Source: Octopus bimaculoides (lineage: Eukaryota). From it: a stretch of 34,058 nucleotides of DNA. Position numbers and translations under genes: made by a program. The stretch lies in assembly GCF_001194135.2 (NCBI RefSeq), contig NC_068989.1, positions 92,618,466 to 92,652,523 of the forward strand, read 5' to 3'. The notes under the pieces are model-generated. The model was not told where the DNA came from. It saw only the letters and a program-made list of their open reading frames with translations, and searched no databases. Each line of letters opens with the position of its first letter. Positions within the stretch are counted from its first letter, which is position 1. Below are positions 11,333-23,062 of the stretch, one piece after another.

Positions 11333-11809
11333 CTAAATCAAGGAGACGAGCTGCGGGAAAGCGCGCCACACAAAAGGCGACCACACCTGTCCACCGTCGT
11401 CTATGAAGCGCCGGAGATGTCGCAGTCTCAGCGCATGTCTGCGCATCATCAACCACGGCATGCCTAGCCCTTCATTTAGCGAATGTTGACAGCAAATGGA
11501 TCGCCTAACCATCGGAACGCTTCCTTTCCACAAGAAGCGGAAAAGTATGCGTTCCAGTTTGGTGACAAGGTACGACGGTCAGACGGTACTCGATGACGGA
11601 TGTGATGTACAAGTTCGTCACCTCCACTCGACTTTTTAGGAATAGCTTCCTCTCGGCCCATTGCTAGGTGAGAGTGGCTACCCTAGTTGTTATTTCGAAC
11701 CAGTTTTTCTCCATTTGGAGGTCCGAACCGAACCAAACTTCGAGTAATTTAACTAGTCCGTCAGTCCAGCGTCCCACGATGGAGACGCTGTTGGACGGCA
11801 TGGGATTGC
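11333..11809 (-). mobile_element. L1/Tx1-clade LINE ORF2 fragment (end of RT and thumb region), disrupted
   Basis: Translation: WTDGLVKLLEVWFGSDLQMEKNWFEITTRVATLT*QWAERKLFLKSRVEVTNLYITSVIEYRLTVVPC, then after a frameshift LWKGSVPMVRRSICCQHSLNEGLGMPWLMMRRHALRLRHLRRF. This follows the L1/Tx1 motifs KYLG..NW..W..R.LS..GR and FLW.G...V.R...GGLG.P. Confidence 0.85.
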
Positions 11810-12019
11810 TTCATACCTACATACATACATATATTAAGTGATTGATTCTGTCATATGGTCTTGCTCCAGCTTCACCGTCAGGAATTCAATCGCCCAGGTC
11901 TGTCCCAGTACTTATTTTTAAGTTGAAAGCTTTTTCCTATTGGTGGCTTTTCATCGAGCCATTGTGCTACAGGGTGACAAACAAATAAATCATAAATAAA
12001 TCTCCATTCTTTCCTCTTT

Positions 12020-12045
12020 CTGATGAAGGCCACGCTCGAAACGTC
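12020..12045 (+). other. Degenerate hammerhead-like core at a probable Penelope-type terminus
   Basis: CTGATGA-aggccacgctc-GAAACGTC with intact core words. Stem II is imperfect and stem I is not formed. Confidence 0.35.
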
Positions 12046-13304
12046 ACACTTCATCTTTTTCGCACGCTGGTCTGTGACCATTCCGTCTCGTTACTGATAG
12101 TATTTAAGAAAATATTATCTGTACACTTCCTTATTTAAGACAGTAATTTGAGCTTCCAAGAAAATTTCGCTGCTATTTCTGGGATCTAGAAACCTTGTTG
12201 AGAGTTCTTTGTTTAGAAGTTGTGAAAATGGGAGTCAACATGCATAACTGTGCGATTGTCTGTAGCTCTTCCATATCACTTCAATTCAAAATCTCTTTCC
12301 TATAAGGCTGCCTGCTTTATTTTCGATGTAATTAGCTGAAAATACCCTTGAAGCTAGGGATTTAAGATAAAAGGAATGAACGAAAGCAAGAAACGATAAA
12401 TGAATGATTGGATGAACGAAAGAATAAATATGGTTAATTATAGAAATAAAGGCAATTAATGAAACAAGTTGTCTAAATTGTTCACTGATAACTTCTTGAA
12501 ATTCATATTGTTTATTTTTCTATCGCCTGAACGATGGTCTGTAGCGACAACATCAACAACATGAATAATCAGCTTCTTACTAACAAATAAACACTATTAG
12601 ATGTGTTCAGGAATTTTTTCTCTCGTTTGTACATCCAACATATTGAAAATTCAGTTGCATTCGTTATCTTGCTGGCTTTCATTTTCGGTTTTATAGGTCA
12701 AGGTATAAGCAATATATTTCGTACACTATCCTCCTTTTGTTGGTTGGCAATAACAATTTTATTTTAAAAGAGGGAAGGCTAGAAACATATATTTGTGTCC
12801 GGAGAAAAATATATGAACACACACATACACATACTCATATACCTAGACACACACGAATAGACAAATATATATATATTGAATAGTTGCTATTAATCGGTTG
12901 AGGACTTTCTCCCACACAAGAATCTAATCTTCGATCATGGGTTTTTCTCGATGATACTCGCAAACCAGAATCTGAAGTACAACAGCCTTGATTGCCATGA
13001 AGGAGAAGCTCTTTTCTTTGTAATGACATCATTCTAAAGACTTAAAATTACATGTTAACATAAATCGAAGATGAAATTTGTGCACTGGACACTCTAAAGC
13101 ACTGCATAATTAAGTCTGGCTACACAGCGCACGAGAATTAATATTGATTTAACTTGTTTAAGGTACGAATCACCTTTTAGAAAGAGGAACAGATTATGTC
13201 TTGAATGTAGAGAACATACGCATTTATAGGGAGATGGAAATTAGAGATATGTATCGATACGCCATATTTTCTTTCTCTTCTCCTCCTCTTCTCACTGCTG
13301 CTAC

Positions 13305-13422
13305 TGCTGCTACTGCTGCTACAACTACTATTACTAACAACATCAACAATAACAACGACGACGATAACAATAACAAAAAAAACAACAACAAACATAATGA
13401 TAGTAACAATAATAATAATAAC

Positions 13423-13454
<32 letters not shown>

Positions 13455-13525
13455 TAATAATAATAAAAATAATAATAACAATAATAATAATAGTTACAAT
13501 AATAATAATAATGAGAATAATAATG
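13305..13525. repeat. Compound trinucleotide array (GCT/ACT to AAC/GAC to AAT)
   Basis: Visible tandem triplets. They generate the spurious poly-N, poly-I and poly-L ORFs in the track. Confidence 0.95.
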
Positions 13526-13625
13526 ATAATTGCAGGTATGAAAGACAGGAAGAATTATTGGAAGGAAACTACTTTGATCTGCTCACGAATAACCAATACC
13601 ACGCCACACATACACACATACACAC

Positions 13626-13690
<65 letters not shown>

Positions 13691-13924
13691 TATACGCATA
13701 GATCCATATAAATCCAAACACACACATGCATACATACATAAGAACATACACGCACACATATATTTACATATATAGATACACTCACTCACTCAAACGTGCA
13801 CACACACATATATATATGTATGTGTGCATGTGTGTGTGTACGTGTGTATGAATGCTTATATACATACATATACATAAATATACACGAAAGACATCACATC
13901 ACTGACACACTTCATTGAAGTCTG

Positions 13925-13961
<37 letters not shown>

Positions 13962-14120
13962 GTATTTGTGTCTGCTTGAGTATATCTATGTGTGTGTGTA
14001 CGTACTTATATATATGTATATATCTATATGTATATATGTATATATATATTTATATATGTATATATATATTTATATATTTATATATATATATATATATATA
14101 TGCATATATATATATATATA

Positions 14121-14160
14121 CGGTGGTGCATCAGCATGGCCGCAGCTCTGAGCTGAAACT
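14121..14160 (+). mobile_element. Isolated SINE 3' end (family A-like)
   Basis: cggtggtgcatcagcatggccgcagctctgagctgaaact resembles the family A terminal ggcggtgctccagcatggccgcag...ctgaaac. Followed by (GAAAT)n. Confidence 0.5.
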
Positions 14161-14178
14161 TTGAAATGAAATGAAATG

Positions 14179-14213
<35 letters not shown>

Positions 14214-15569
14214 NNNNNNNNNNNNNNNNNNNNNNNNNNNNNNNNNNNNNNNNNNNNNNNNNNNNNNNNNNNNNNNNNNNNNNNNNNNNNNNNNNNNNNN
14301 NNNNNNNNNNNNNNNNNNNNNNNNNNNNNNNNNNNNNNNNNNNNNNNNNNNNNNNNNNNNNNNNNNNNNNNNNNNNNNNNNNNNNNNNNNNNNNNNNNNN
14401 NNNNNNNNNNNNNNNNNNNNNNNNNNNNNNNNNNNNNNNNNNNNNNNNNNNNNNNNNNNNNNNNNNNNNNNNNNNNNNNNNNNNNNNNNNNNNNNNNNNN
14501 NNNNNNNNNNNNNNNNNNNNNNNNNNNNNNNNNNNNNNNNNNNNNNNNNNNNNNNNNNNNNNNNNNNNNNNNNNNNNNNNNNNNNNNNNNNNNNNNNNNN
14601 NNNNNNNNNNNNNNNNNNNNNNNNNNNNNNNNNNNNNNNNNNNNNNNNNNNNNNNNNNNNNNNNNNNNNNNNNNNNNNNNNNNNNNNNNNNNNNNNNNNN
14701 NNNNNNNNNNNNNNNNNNNNNNNNNNNNNNNNNNNNNNNNNNNNNNNNNNNNNNNNNNNNNNNNNNNNNNNNNNNNNNNNNNNNNNNNNNNNNNNNNNNN
14801 NNNNNNNNNNNNNNNNNNNNNNNNNNNNNNNNNNNNNNNNNNNNNNNNNNNNNNNNNNNNNNNNNNNNNNNNNNNNNNNNNNNNNNTATATATGCACTTT
14901 TATATACACTTATATACATACATACATACATACACCCACATATGTACAGATACGGAGTCAGCATTTAGCGTCAAATAGAAATGTCCAGCTCTCCCATTTC
15001 CATGTTTTGCAGCAAAATAAAAAAAAACACACCACGATGTCTTACTCTGAACATATATTGTTGGGGAGGGTCAGGAAGAGACAACAGGATCAATGCTTAA
15101 TGCTTAATCTACTGGATATGTCCTGGTCAGATGTTTCCTTATACAAATGGCAGTCCGGCAGACGATAACCTTAGTTAAGTGGTACCACGGCAGCGCTTGA
15201 TTGTTTTTTTTTTTTTGTTTTTGTTAGTTGTACGTCATCTTGTTCACTTGCAGGCGAAGTATGGACGGCTTGTGTGTATGTGCTTGTTTCTGTGTGTGTT
15301 AGTGTTTGTTTCTCTCTGTGTGTGCGTTTCCATGTGTATTTTTGTGTGCGCGCTCGCTCGCGCTCGTATGCTTGTTTGTTCTTTTGCATGTGTGTGAAAG
15401 GATGCTTATATGTTGTCGTATATCTTATGAAAATGATGGACAGCGTTTGTGAAAGTGTGTATCTGAGTAAGTGCGCACGCGCGTGTGTGTGCGTGTGTGT
15501 GTGATGTTATAGCGCAGTGCACAAAACACCAACATTTCCATTTAAATTCTAATTTCTATCACTCGCAAT

Positions 15570-15895
15570 ATTTTTTCTTCTTCTTGTCATGTCTTTCTCC
15601 ATTTCGATATTTTTATATCGTTTTTACGACTATAGATGCTATACGTTATCTAGGTTTCTCTTGGATGAAAGCCTTTGACCATAACGGAAAAATATATAAA
15701 CATTGAGGGTCAATGGAACTGGAATTGAAAACTTGATAACGTAATGCATCTATAGCAATGGAGACGAGTATCAACACTTTCATGTACCAATGGAGAGGAG
15801 TACCAACACTTCCATGTAACAATGAATACAGGTATCAAACTAGATAACGTATAGCATCTATAGTCGTAAAAACGATATAAAAATATCGAAATGGA
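15570..15895. mobile_element. MITE-like element with ~85-bp inverted repeats
   Basis: 15570-15653 is the reverse complement of 15840-15895, which continues at 17388-17414 across the mis-ordered gap. The core has 32-bp tandem units at 15756-15819. Confidence 0.7.
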
Positions 15896-16713
15896 NNNNN
15901 NNNNNNNNNNNNNNNNNNNNNNNNNNNNNNNNNNNNNNNNNNNNNNNNNNNNNNNNNNNNNNNNNNNNNNNNNNNNNNNNNNNNNNNNNNNNNNNNNNNN
16001 NNNNNNNNNNNNNNNNNNNNNNNNNNNNNNNNNNNNNNNNNNNNNNNNNNNNNNNNNNNNNNNNNNNNNNNNNNNNNNNNNNNNNNNNNNNNNNNNNNNN
16101 NNNNNNNNNNNNNNNNNNNNNNNNNNNNNNNNNNNNNNNNNNNNNNNNNNNNNNNNNNNNNNNNNNNNNNNNNNNNNNNNNNNNNNNNNNNNNNNNNNNN
16201 NNNNNNNNNNNNNNNNNNNNNNNNNNNNNNNNNNNNNNNNNNNNNNNNNNNNNNNNNNNNNNNNNNNNNNNNNNNNNNNNNNNNNNNNNNNNNNNNNNNN
16301 NNNNNNNNNNNNNNNNNNNNNNNNNNNNNNNNNNNNNNNNNNNNNNNNNNNNNNNNNNNNNNNNNNNNNNNNNNNNNNNNNNNNNNNNNNNNNNNNNNNN
16401 NNNNNNNNNNNNNNNNNNNNNNNNNNNNNNNNNNNNNNNNNNNNNNNNNNNNNNNNNNNNNNNNNNNNNNNNNNNNNNNNNNNNNNNNNNNNNNNNNNNN
16501 NNNNNNNNNNNNNNNNNNNNNNNNNNNNNNNNNNNNNNNNNNNNNNNNNNNNNNNNNNNNNNNNNNNNNNNNNNNNNNNNNNNNNNNNNNNNNNNNNNNN
16601 NNNNNNNNNNNNNNNNNNNNNNNNNNNNNNNNNNNNNNNNNNNNNNNNNNNNNNNNNNNNNNNNNNNNNNNNNNNNNNNNNNNNNNNNNNNNNNNNNNNN
16701 NNNNNNNNNNNNN

Positions 16714-17045
16714 AGCTGGATGCCCTTCCTAACGCCAACCACTCAGAGAGTGTAGTGGGTGCTTTTACGTGTCACCCGCACGAAAACGGCCACGCTCGAA
16801 ATGGTGTCTTTTATGTGCCACCCGCACAAGCCAGTCCAGGGGCACTGGCAACGATCTCGCTCGAAAATCCTACGGGAGCCAGTCAGGCGGTACTGGCAAC
16901 GGCCATGCTCAAAATGGTGCATCTCATGTGCCACCCGCACAAGAACCAGTCCAGGGGCACTGGCAACGATCTTACTTGGCTTGCCGGGTCTTCTCACGCA
17001 CAGCCCATTTCCAAAGGTCTCGGTCCGTCCATTTCCAAAGGTCTC
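16714..17045 (-). mobile_element. Continuation of (GAT)n-tailed interspersed repeat (family D)
   Basis: First 102 bp are identical to 18168-18269. Internal ~73-bp repeats at 16786-16857 and 16899-16972. Confidence 0.7.
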
Positions 17046-17292
17046 ATTTATATATATATTTGTATATATGTATGTATGTATGTATGAACAAGAAGCGCTC
17101 CAGCTGACAAGTACTTCAAGTTTCACCAACTTGTTTTCAATAAGACTGGTTAAACAAGCCGCTAAGTGGAAGCTTTGAAGTTCCATTCAACTCAATATAT
17201 TTAATATATTTTACTATGAGAACAGTAGTAAGTCGGACCATCCACTAACACTTTAGGAAATGTTTAACATCAACAATTTATTTGTCCACAAA

Positions 17293-17334
<42 letters not shown>

Positions 17335-17598
17335 NNNNNNNNNNAGCATCTATAGTCGTAAAAACGATATAAAAATATCGAAATGGAGAAAGACCTGACA
17401 AGAAGAAGAAAAAATTATATATAATTCCAAGAGAGTTAGAGGTTGTTAATCCAACCAACTAAGGGATAATATCTATCCAATATACTGCTGATAGAATACC
17501 CGATTATTAATGCACATTTTTTTTTCATTGCATGGGAATTACACTACTGAATGTAATAAATGGATGAAGGTAAGAAGTTGTTTTACCCTTAATTTATA

Positions 17599-17973
17599 CA
17601 GCAATAAGAAAATGGAGGGGATTAAGAGGTGGTATTCATCAGCTTTTAGACATTATATTCTGTCTATTTATTTAATTTTAGAAAAAACAATTATAGCAAT
17701 ATACGTACATGTATAACATATTATGCTTTACATATATAATATATAAAATATGAAAATACCACTAATTATTAAAATATATAATTATTAAAATATATATTAC
17801 TGGTATTTTTATATTTTATATATTTTATATATTATATATGTAAATCATAATATGTTTTACATGTATGTATATTGTTATAATTATGTTTTTTAAAAAATGA
17901 ATAATTCGACATAATATAATGTCTAAAAGTTGATGAATACCACCACTTGATCCCCTCTATTTTCTTATTGCTG
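17599..17973. mobile_element. Tc1/mariner-type fold-back MITE with TA target duplication
   Basis: ta|CAGCAATAAGAAAATGGAGGGG...CCCCTCTATTTTCTTATTGCTG|ta. Inverted symmetry continues through the AT-rich interior (arms ~170 bp, loop ~30 bp). Confidence 0.8.
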
Positions 17974-18007
<34 letters not shown>

Positions 18008-18041
18008 CGTGTGTATGTATGAATATATATATATATATATA

Positions 18042-18269
18042 TCATCATCATCATCATCATCGTTTAACGTCCGCTTTCCATGCTAGCATGGGTTGGACGA
18101 TTTGACTGAGGACTGGTGAAACCGGATGGCAACACCAGGCCTCAGTCTGATTTGGCAGAGTTTCTACAGCTGGATGCCCTTCCTAACGCCAACCACTCAG
18201 AGAGTGTAGTGGGTGCTTTTACGTGTCACCCGCACGAAAACGGCCACGCTCGAAATGGTGTCTTTTATG
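18042..18269 (-). mobile_element. 3' end of family D SINE/LINE-like repeat with (GAT)n tail
   Basis: (CAT)n at 18042-18061 and a perfect 14-bp palindrome ccatgctagcatgg (18078-18091) near the tail. The end ggacgttaaacgatgatgatg resembles RTE-type 3' ends (from recall). Confidence 0.75.
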
Positions 18270-18799
18270 NNNNNNNNNNNNNNNNNNNNNNNNNNNNNNN
18301 NNNNNNNNNNNNNNNNNNNNNNNNNNNNNNNNNNNNNNNNNNNNNNNNNNNNNNNNNNNNNNNNNNNNNNNNNNNNNNNNNNNNNNNNNNNNNNNNNNNN
18401 NNNNNNNNNNNNNNNNNNNNNNNNNNNNNNNNNNNNNNNNNNNNNNNNNNNNNNNNNNNNNNNNNNNNNNNNNNNNNNNNNNNNNNNNNNNNNNNNNNNN
18501 NNNNNNNNNNNNNNNNNNNNNNNNNNNNNNNNNNNNNNNNNNNNNNNNNNNNNNNNNNNNNNNNNNNNNNNNNNNNNNNNNNNNNNNNNNNNNNNNNNNN
18601 NNNNNNNNNNNNNNNNNNNNNNNNNNNNNNNNNNNNNNNNNNNNNNNNNNNNNNNNNNNNNNNNNNNNNNNNNNNNNNNNNNNNNNNNNNNNNNNNNNNN
18701 NNNNNNNNNNNNNNNNNNNNNNNNNNNNNNNNNNNNNNNNNNNNNNNNNNNNNNNNNNNNNNNNNNNNNNNNNNNNNNNNNNNNNNNNNNNNNNNNNNN

Positions 18800-18865
<66 letters not shown>

Positions 18866-18975
18866 GCATATATATGTATGTATACATACATTATTGAAGA
18901 TAAAATCAGTTGATCTTATTAATGGCCAGCATACAACAAAAACCATATAGGTAAACATTAATATGAATATATAAT

Positions 18976-19642
18976 TATATAGACATAATTATAATTAGGG
19001 GTACTGAGAAACAGCACCTACACGCTGGAGATAGACTCTAAAAAACCACTTCAAATTACATTCTATTAGCACAAGGCTGAAAGCGAGCAGATGAATAAAA
19101 TAGATGTGATAACATTTTGAAGTTAATTCCAGATCGTCCGATTTTGGGTTTAGTAAATGCAAACTGCTTTATCGTCATCAGTAGAACATACCAGAAGGAC
19201 ATTAATATAGATATATATATAATACGCATACATATACATTCGTAGATATACCAATATATGCATGCATCTACACTTATATACGAGGCAAATCCGATTATTC
19301 ATCTCAACCACGTGCTTATTAGATCAAGATAATACCGCAGTAAATATCAGGATCGGAGATGAATAATCGGATTTGCCTCGTATATAGGTGTAGATGTATG
19401 CATATATTTGTATATGTGCGGATGTATTTGTATGGGTATGTATATATATTTATACTTAACTAGAAATCGCACGATCTAGAATTGACTTCAAAATTTTACT
19501 AAATCTCTTTTATCCATTTACTCGCTTTCAGCCTTGTTCTAAAGGAGTGTCATTTGAAGTGGTGTTTTAGAGTCTTTTGGCGTCTATCTCTAGCGTGTAG
19601 GTACTGTTTCTCAACCCCCTTAATTATAATTACATTTATATA
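18976..19642. repeat. ~670-bp fold-back (nested inverted repeat, 50-nt loop)
   Basis: Outer arms 18985-19155 and 19453-19633, middle arms ~19211-19252 and 19409-19452, inner arms 19253-19305 and 19356-19408. Confidence 0.9.
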
Positions 19643-20426
19643 AAAACATAAAATTAAAACAAAACACAAAGGATTCCGCGGTACACGTGTTTCAAGCTTT
19701 ATACCCAAAACAGTCGTTGCATCATTATATGAGTATATAATTGATATACAGAATGGTTTAAAGCTATCTTCAGCCGCAAATATATTCTGCTNNNNNNNNN
19801 NNNNNNNNNNNNNNNNNNNNNNNNNNNNNNNNNNNNNNNNNNNNNNNNNNNNNNNNNNNNNNNNNNNNNNNNNNNNNNNNNNNNNNNNNNNNNNNNNNNN
19901 NNNNNNNNNNNNNNNNNNNNNNNNNNNNNNNNNNNNNNNNNNNNNNNNNNNNNNNNNNNNNNNNNNNNNNNNNNNNNNNNNNNNNNNNNNNNNNNNNNNN
20001 NNNATATATATATGAATGTATGTATGTACACACACACACACACACACACACAGATATATGTATGTATGTATAGGTTTCCCAATAGTATCTATGCAAAATG
20101 TAGAATATACAAGACATGACTTGTTCGCCTTTGGATAATTTCATCTTTATATTTTTTTCTTGGTTCTTTTTTGTAAGAATTAGGTCACGAGACTATCTGC
20201 AAGTGTAGAGAGAGAATGTTGTCTGTGTAGAATATATTATAGTCATATATTATCTCTAAATCATATACGTATATATATTACCTCTATATCATACACATGT
20301 GTCACAGTAGTAAATGTGCTATATTATAGCTTTTAAATTATTGCCGTTTATATTGATAAATCCCTTGAGGTGTCGCGAGTTTGAAAGTCACAATATTTCT
20401 TGACAGCATATAGAAGAAAGCGAGTG

Positions 20427-20500
<74 letters not shown>

Positions 20501-20902
20501 TGTGTGTAAACCTATCACCACCTGCGTGAAAGAATTGATAGATGTGTGTTTGTGTGTGTACGCGCACACTTTTGCGTGTATATTTAAGTATCAATACATC
20601 TATGTATGTATCAATACATATGTGTATACATGTGTGTGTGTGTGTGTGTGTATGTGTGTGTGCGTATGTGTGTGCGTGTTATTACCTATGTGCGTCTACA
20701 TATTGGTGGGTTTTTGAGTAGATATTTGCGCGATATAAATACCCTATTGTATAAGGCGCAGTATGAAAGCTGTGTTCCTTTGGAGATAGAATATACAGGC
20801 GGCGAAGACTCGATGAAAAATTACCATCGCCGGAATTAAGATAACAAAGAGAGAACAGCGGATGACTGCGGGAATGATGGAATCTTGCGTGTATTTCAAA
20901 TG

Positions 20903-20933
<31 letters not shown>

Positions 20934-21159
20934 TGAAGAATTTCACTGGAAAAGTACATATATATATATATATATATATATACAAACATATATATACATG
21001 CATATATATGTATANNNNNNNNNNTATATATATATATATACATACATACATACATACATACTTATATATATATATATACAAACACACATATATATATATA
21101 TATATATATCTATATATATATATATATATATATATACATACAGACATTCATTTATATAT

Positions 21160-21252
21160 TTATTTTACTTTCTTTTATACTTTTACTTGTTACAGTCATT
21201 TGACTGCGGCAATGCTGGAGCACCGCCTTTAGTCGAGCAAATCAATCCCAGG
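21160..21252 (-). mobile_element. 3' end of SINE family A
   Basis: ttttacttgttacagtcatttgactgcggcaatgctggagcaccgcctttagtcgagcaaatcaatcccagg matches 33092-33165. Confidence 0.85.
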
Positions 21253-21312
21253 TGATGTTAAGAGGCAGACAGACAGACAGACACACAAACATATACACAC
21301 ACACATATATAT

Positions 21313-21366
<54 letters not shown>

Positions 21367-21691
21367 NNNNNNNNNNNNNNNNNNNNNNNNNNNNNNNNNN
21401 NNNNNNNNNNNNNNNNNNNNNNNNNNNNNNNNNNNNNNNNNNNNNNNNNNNNNNNNNNNNNNNNNNNNNNNNNNNNNNNNNNNNNNNNNNNNNNNNNNNN
21501 NNNNNNNNNNNNNNNNNNNNNNNNNNNNNNNNNNNNNNNNNNNNNNNNNNNNNNNNNNNNNNNNNNNNNNNNNNNNNNNNNNNNNNNNNNNNNNNNNNNN
21601 NNNNNNNNNNNNNNNNNNNNNNNNNNNNNNNNNNNNNNNNNNNNNNNNNNNNNNNNNNNNNNNNNNNNNNNNNNNNNNATATATATATATG

Positions 21692-21725
<34 letters not shown>

Positions 21726-22030
21726 TATACATATATATATATATACACACATATATATAAATTCAGTGTATGTTGCGTTCCATATGTATATGTATATACT
21801 TATACACGCCCACATACTGTCGCGGGTAGTCAGATCGAGAAATCCCTTAGCAATTTATGTAAGAATATGACTGATTATCAAGTGTCGAAAATCTCACAGA
21901 ATCTAACGGCGCCATTGCTCTCGTTGTTATGTGTATTGCACAGTCTTCCCCCCCCACACACACACACACAAGCGCACACTCCTAAACAATGTTATGGGGA
22001 ACTGTGGTTTCCATAATTTAGTAATTATTG

Positions 22031-22068
<38 letters not shown>

Positions 22069-22073
22069 TTCAC

Positions 22074-22107
<34 letters not shown>

Positions 22108-22481
22108 TCTCTTTATCACAAGTTTTGTGAGATCTCCTGGAGTCTTGCATGCATAGCAGCTTTACTACCTACAGCTTACGATACCATGTCATCTGTTCTT
22201 TTCAGCTGATACTTTCCTGATTATTTTGGCCGTGCCAGTTCTACTGGGCACTCTGTTCCAATTTCATTTATATTCTTCGTGATACCTTCTGATATTGTTA
22301 CCAAGGACCCAACAATAATTGGCACTACCTTCATCTTCATTTTCCATAGCCAGGCTATAAATGAGAGGGATGTATCTATCTGTGTTTTCGCCATCTTTCT
22401 GGACTATTCGTGGGTGAAAGGGGCATGCAACATCAACTATATAGCATATGTGGTGAACTCTGTCCATCACCACTAAGTCCG
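22074..22481 (-). mobile_element. R4/Dong-clade LINE 3' fragment 1 (restriction-like endonuclease), (AAT)n tail
   Basis: DLVVMDRVHHICYIVDVACPFHPRIVQKDGENTDRY, frameshift, WLWKMKMKVVPIIVGSL...GTAKIIRKV. This is the PD..D..K RLE motif series and the terminal LGTA.I.R.V. Tail at 22074-22107. Confidence 0.85.
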
Positions 22482-23062
22482 ATTATTATTATTAATTCTT
22501 TTTATCTCAGATAATGTTGTAACTCCTGGAGTCTTGTATGCGAAGTAGGCCTGCAGCCTCGGTTATATTTGGTCTGGTGGATTCTGTGAGAGCTGACTGC
22601 AACCTGTTGTCAGAGGTCTCACAGGTTCTCTTTCCGCAAATTATAAGCTTTGGTACTTGGATGTTGATTTATCATGGACTCACACCCAATCACCAATCTC
22701 AGTATCTTAGCTGTCCCCAATAAAGCAGTTTGTGGGGAGGTCTGCTCCGCCCTCATGTCAATTCCAATTTCCCCAGCATATTGCTCGAACCTGGTTGCTG
22801 GTGCTCCGATTGCCCCTACATCTACCGGAGTAACAGTTACTCTCCTTATTACCTACATCCTTGCAATTTCGTCTTTTAGTAGTTTGTATTTCTCCATCTT
22901 TTCCAGCTCTTTATCTACGAGTGCATCCCCAGGTATGGCAATATCTACGATGTTGTTTGCCTAATTTTCTTTGATCTACCACAACAGTGTTTCGTCTTCG
23001 TGCATAAATTAGGGTATCACGCTGGATTGTAAAATCCCCAAAGGATCTTATATTCATTGCTC
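22482..23062 (-). mobile_element. R4/Dong-clade LINE 3' fragment 2 (RLE domain), (AAT)n tail
   Basis: SNEYKILW / DFTIQRDTLIYARRRNTVVVD / NIVDIAIPGDALVDKELEKMEKYKLLKDEIARM*VIRRVTVTPVDVGAIG...QTALLGTAKILRLVI. Tail at 22482-22493. Confidence 0.9.

Noticed and set aside
12028-12041. 14-mer ggccacgctcgaaa shared with 16788 and 18242
   Set aside because: Flanks do not align; a few such matches are expected by chance in 34 kb.
13201-13711. Poly-N/poly-I/poly-L and HT/CV/YI-repeat ORFs throughout the track
   Set aside because: Direct translations of (AAT)n, (CA)n, (GT)n and (TA)n; no domain or splice support.
18105-18122. CTGAGGA-ctggt-GAAA
   Set aside because: No stem II is possible; it lies within the family D repeat body.
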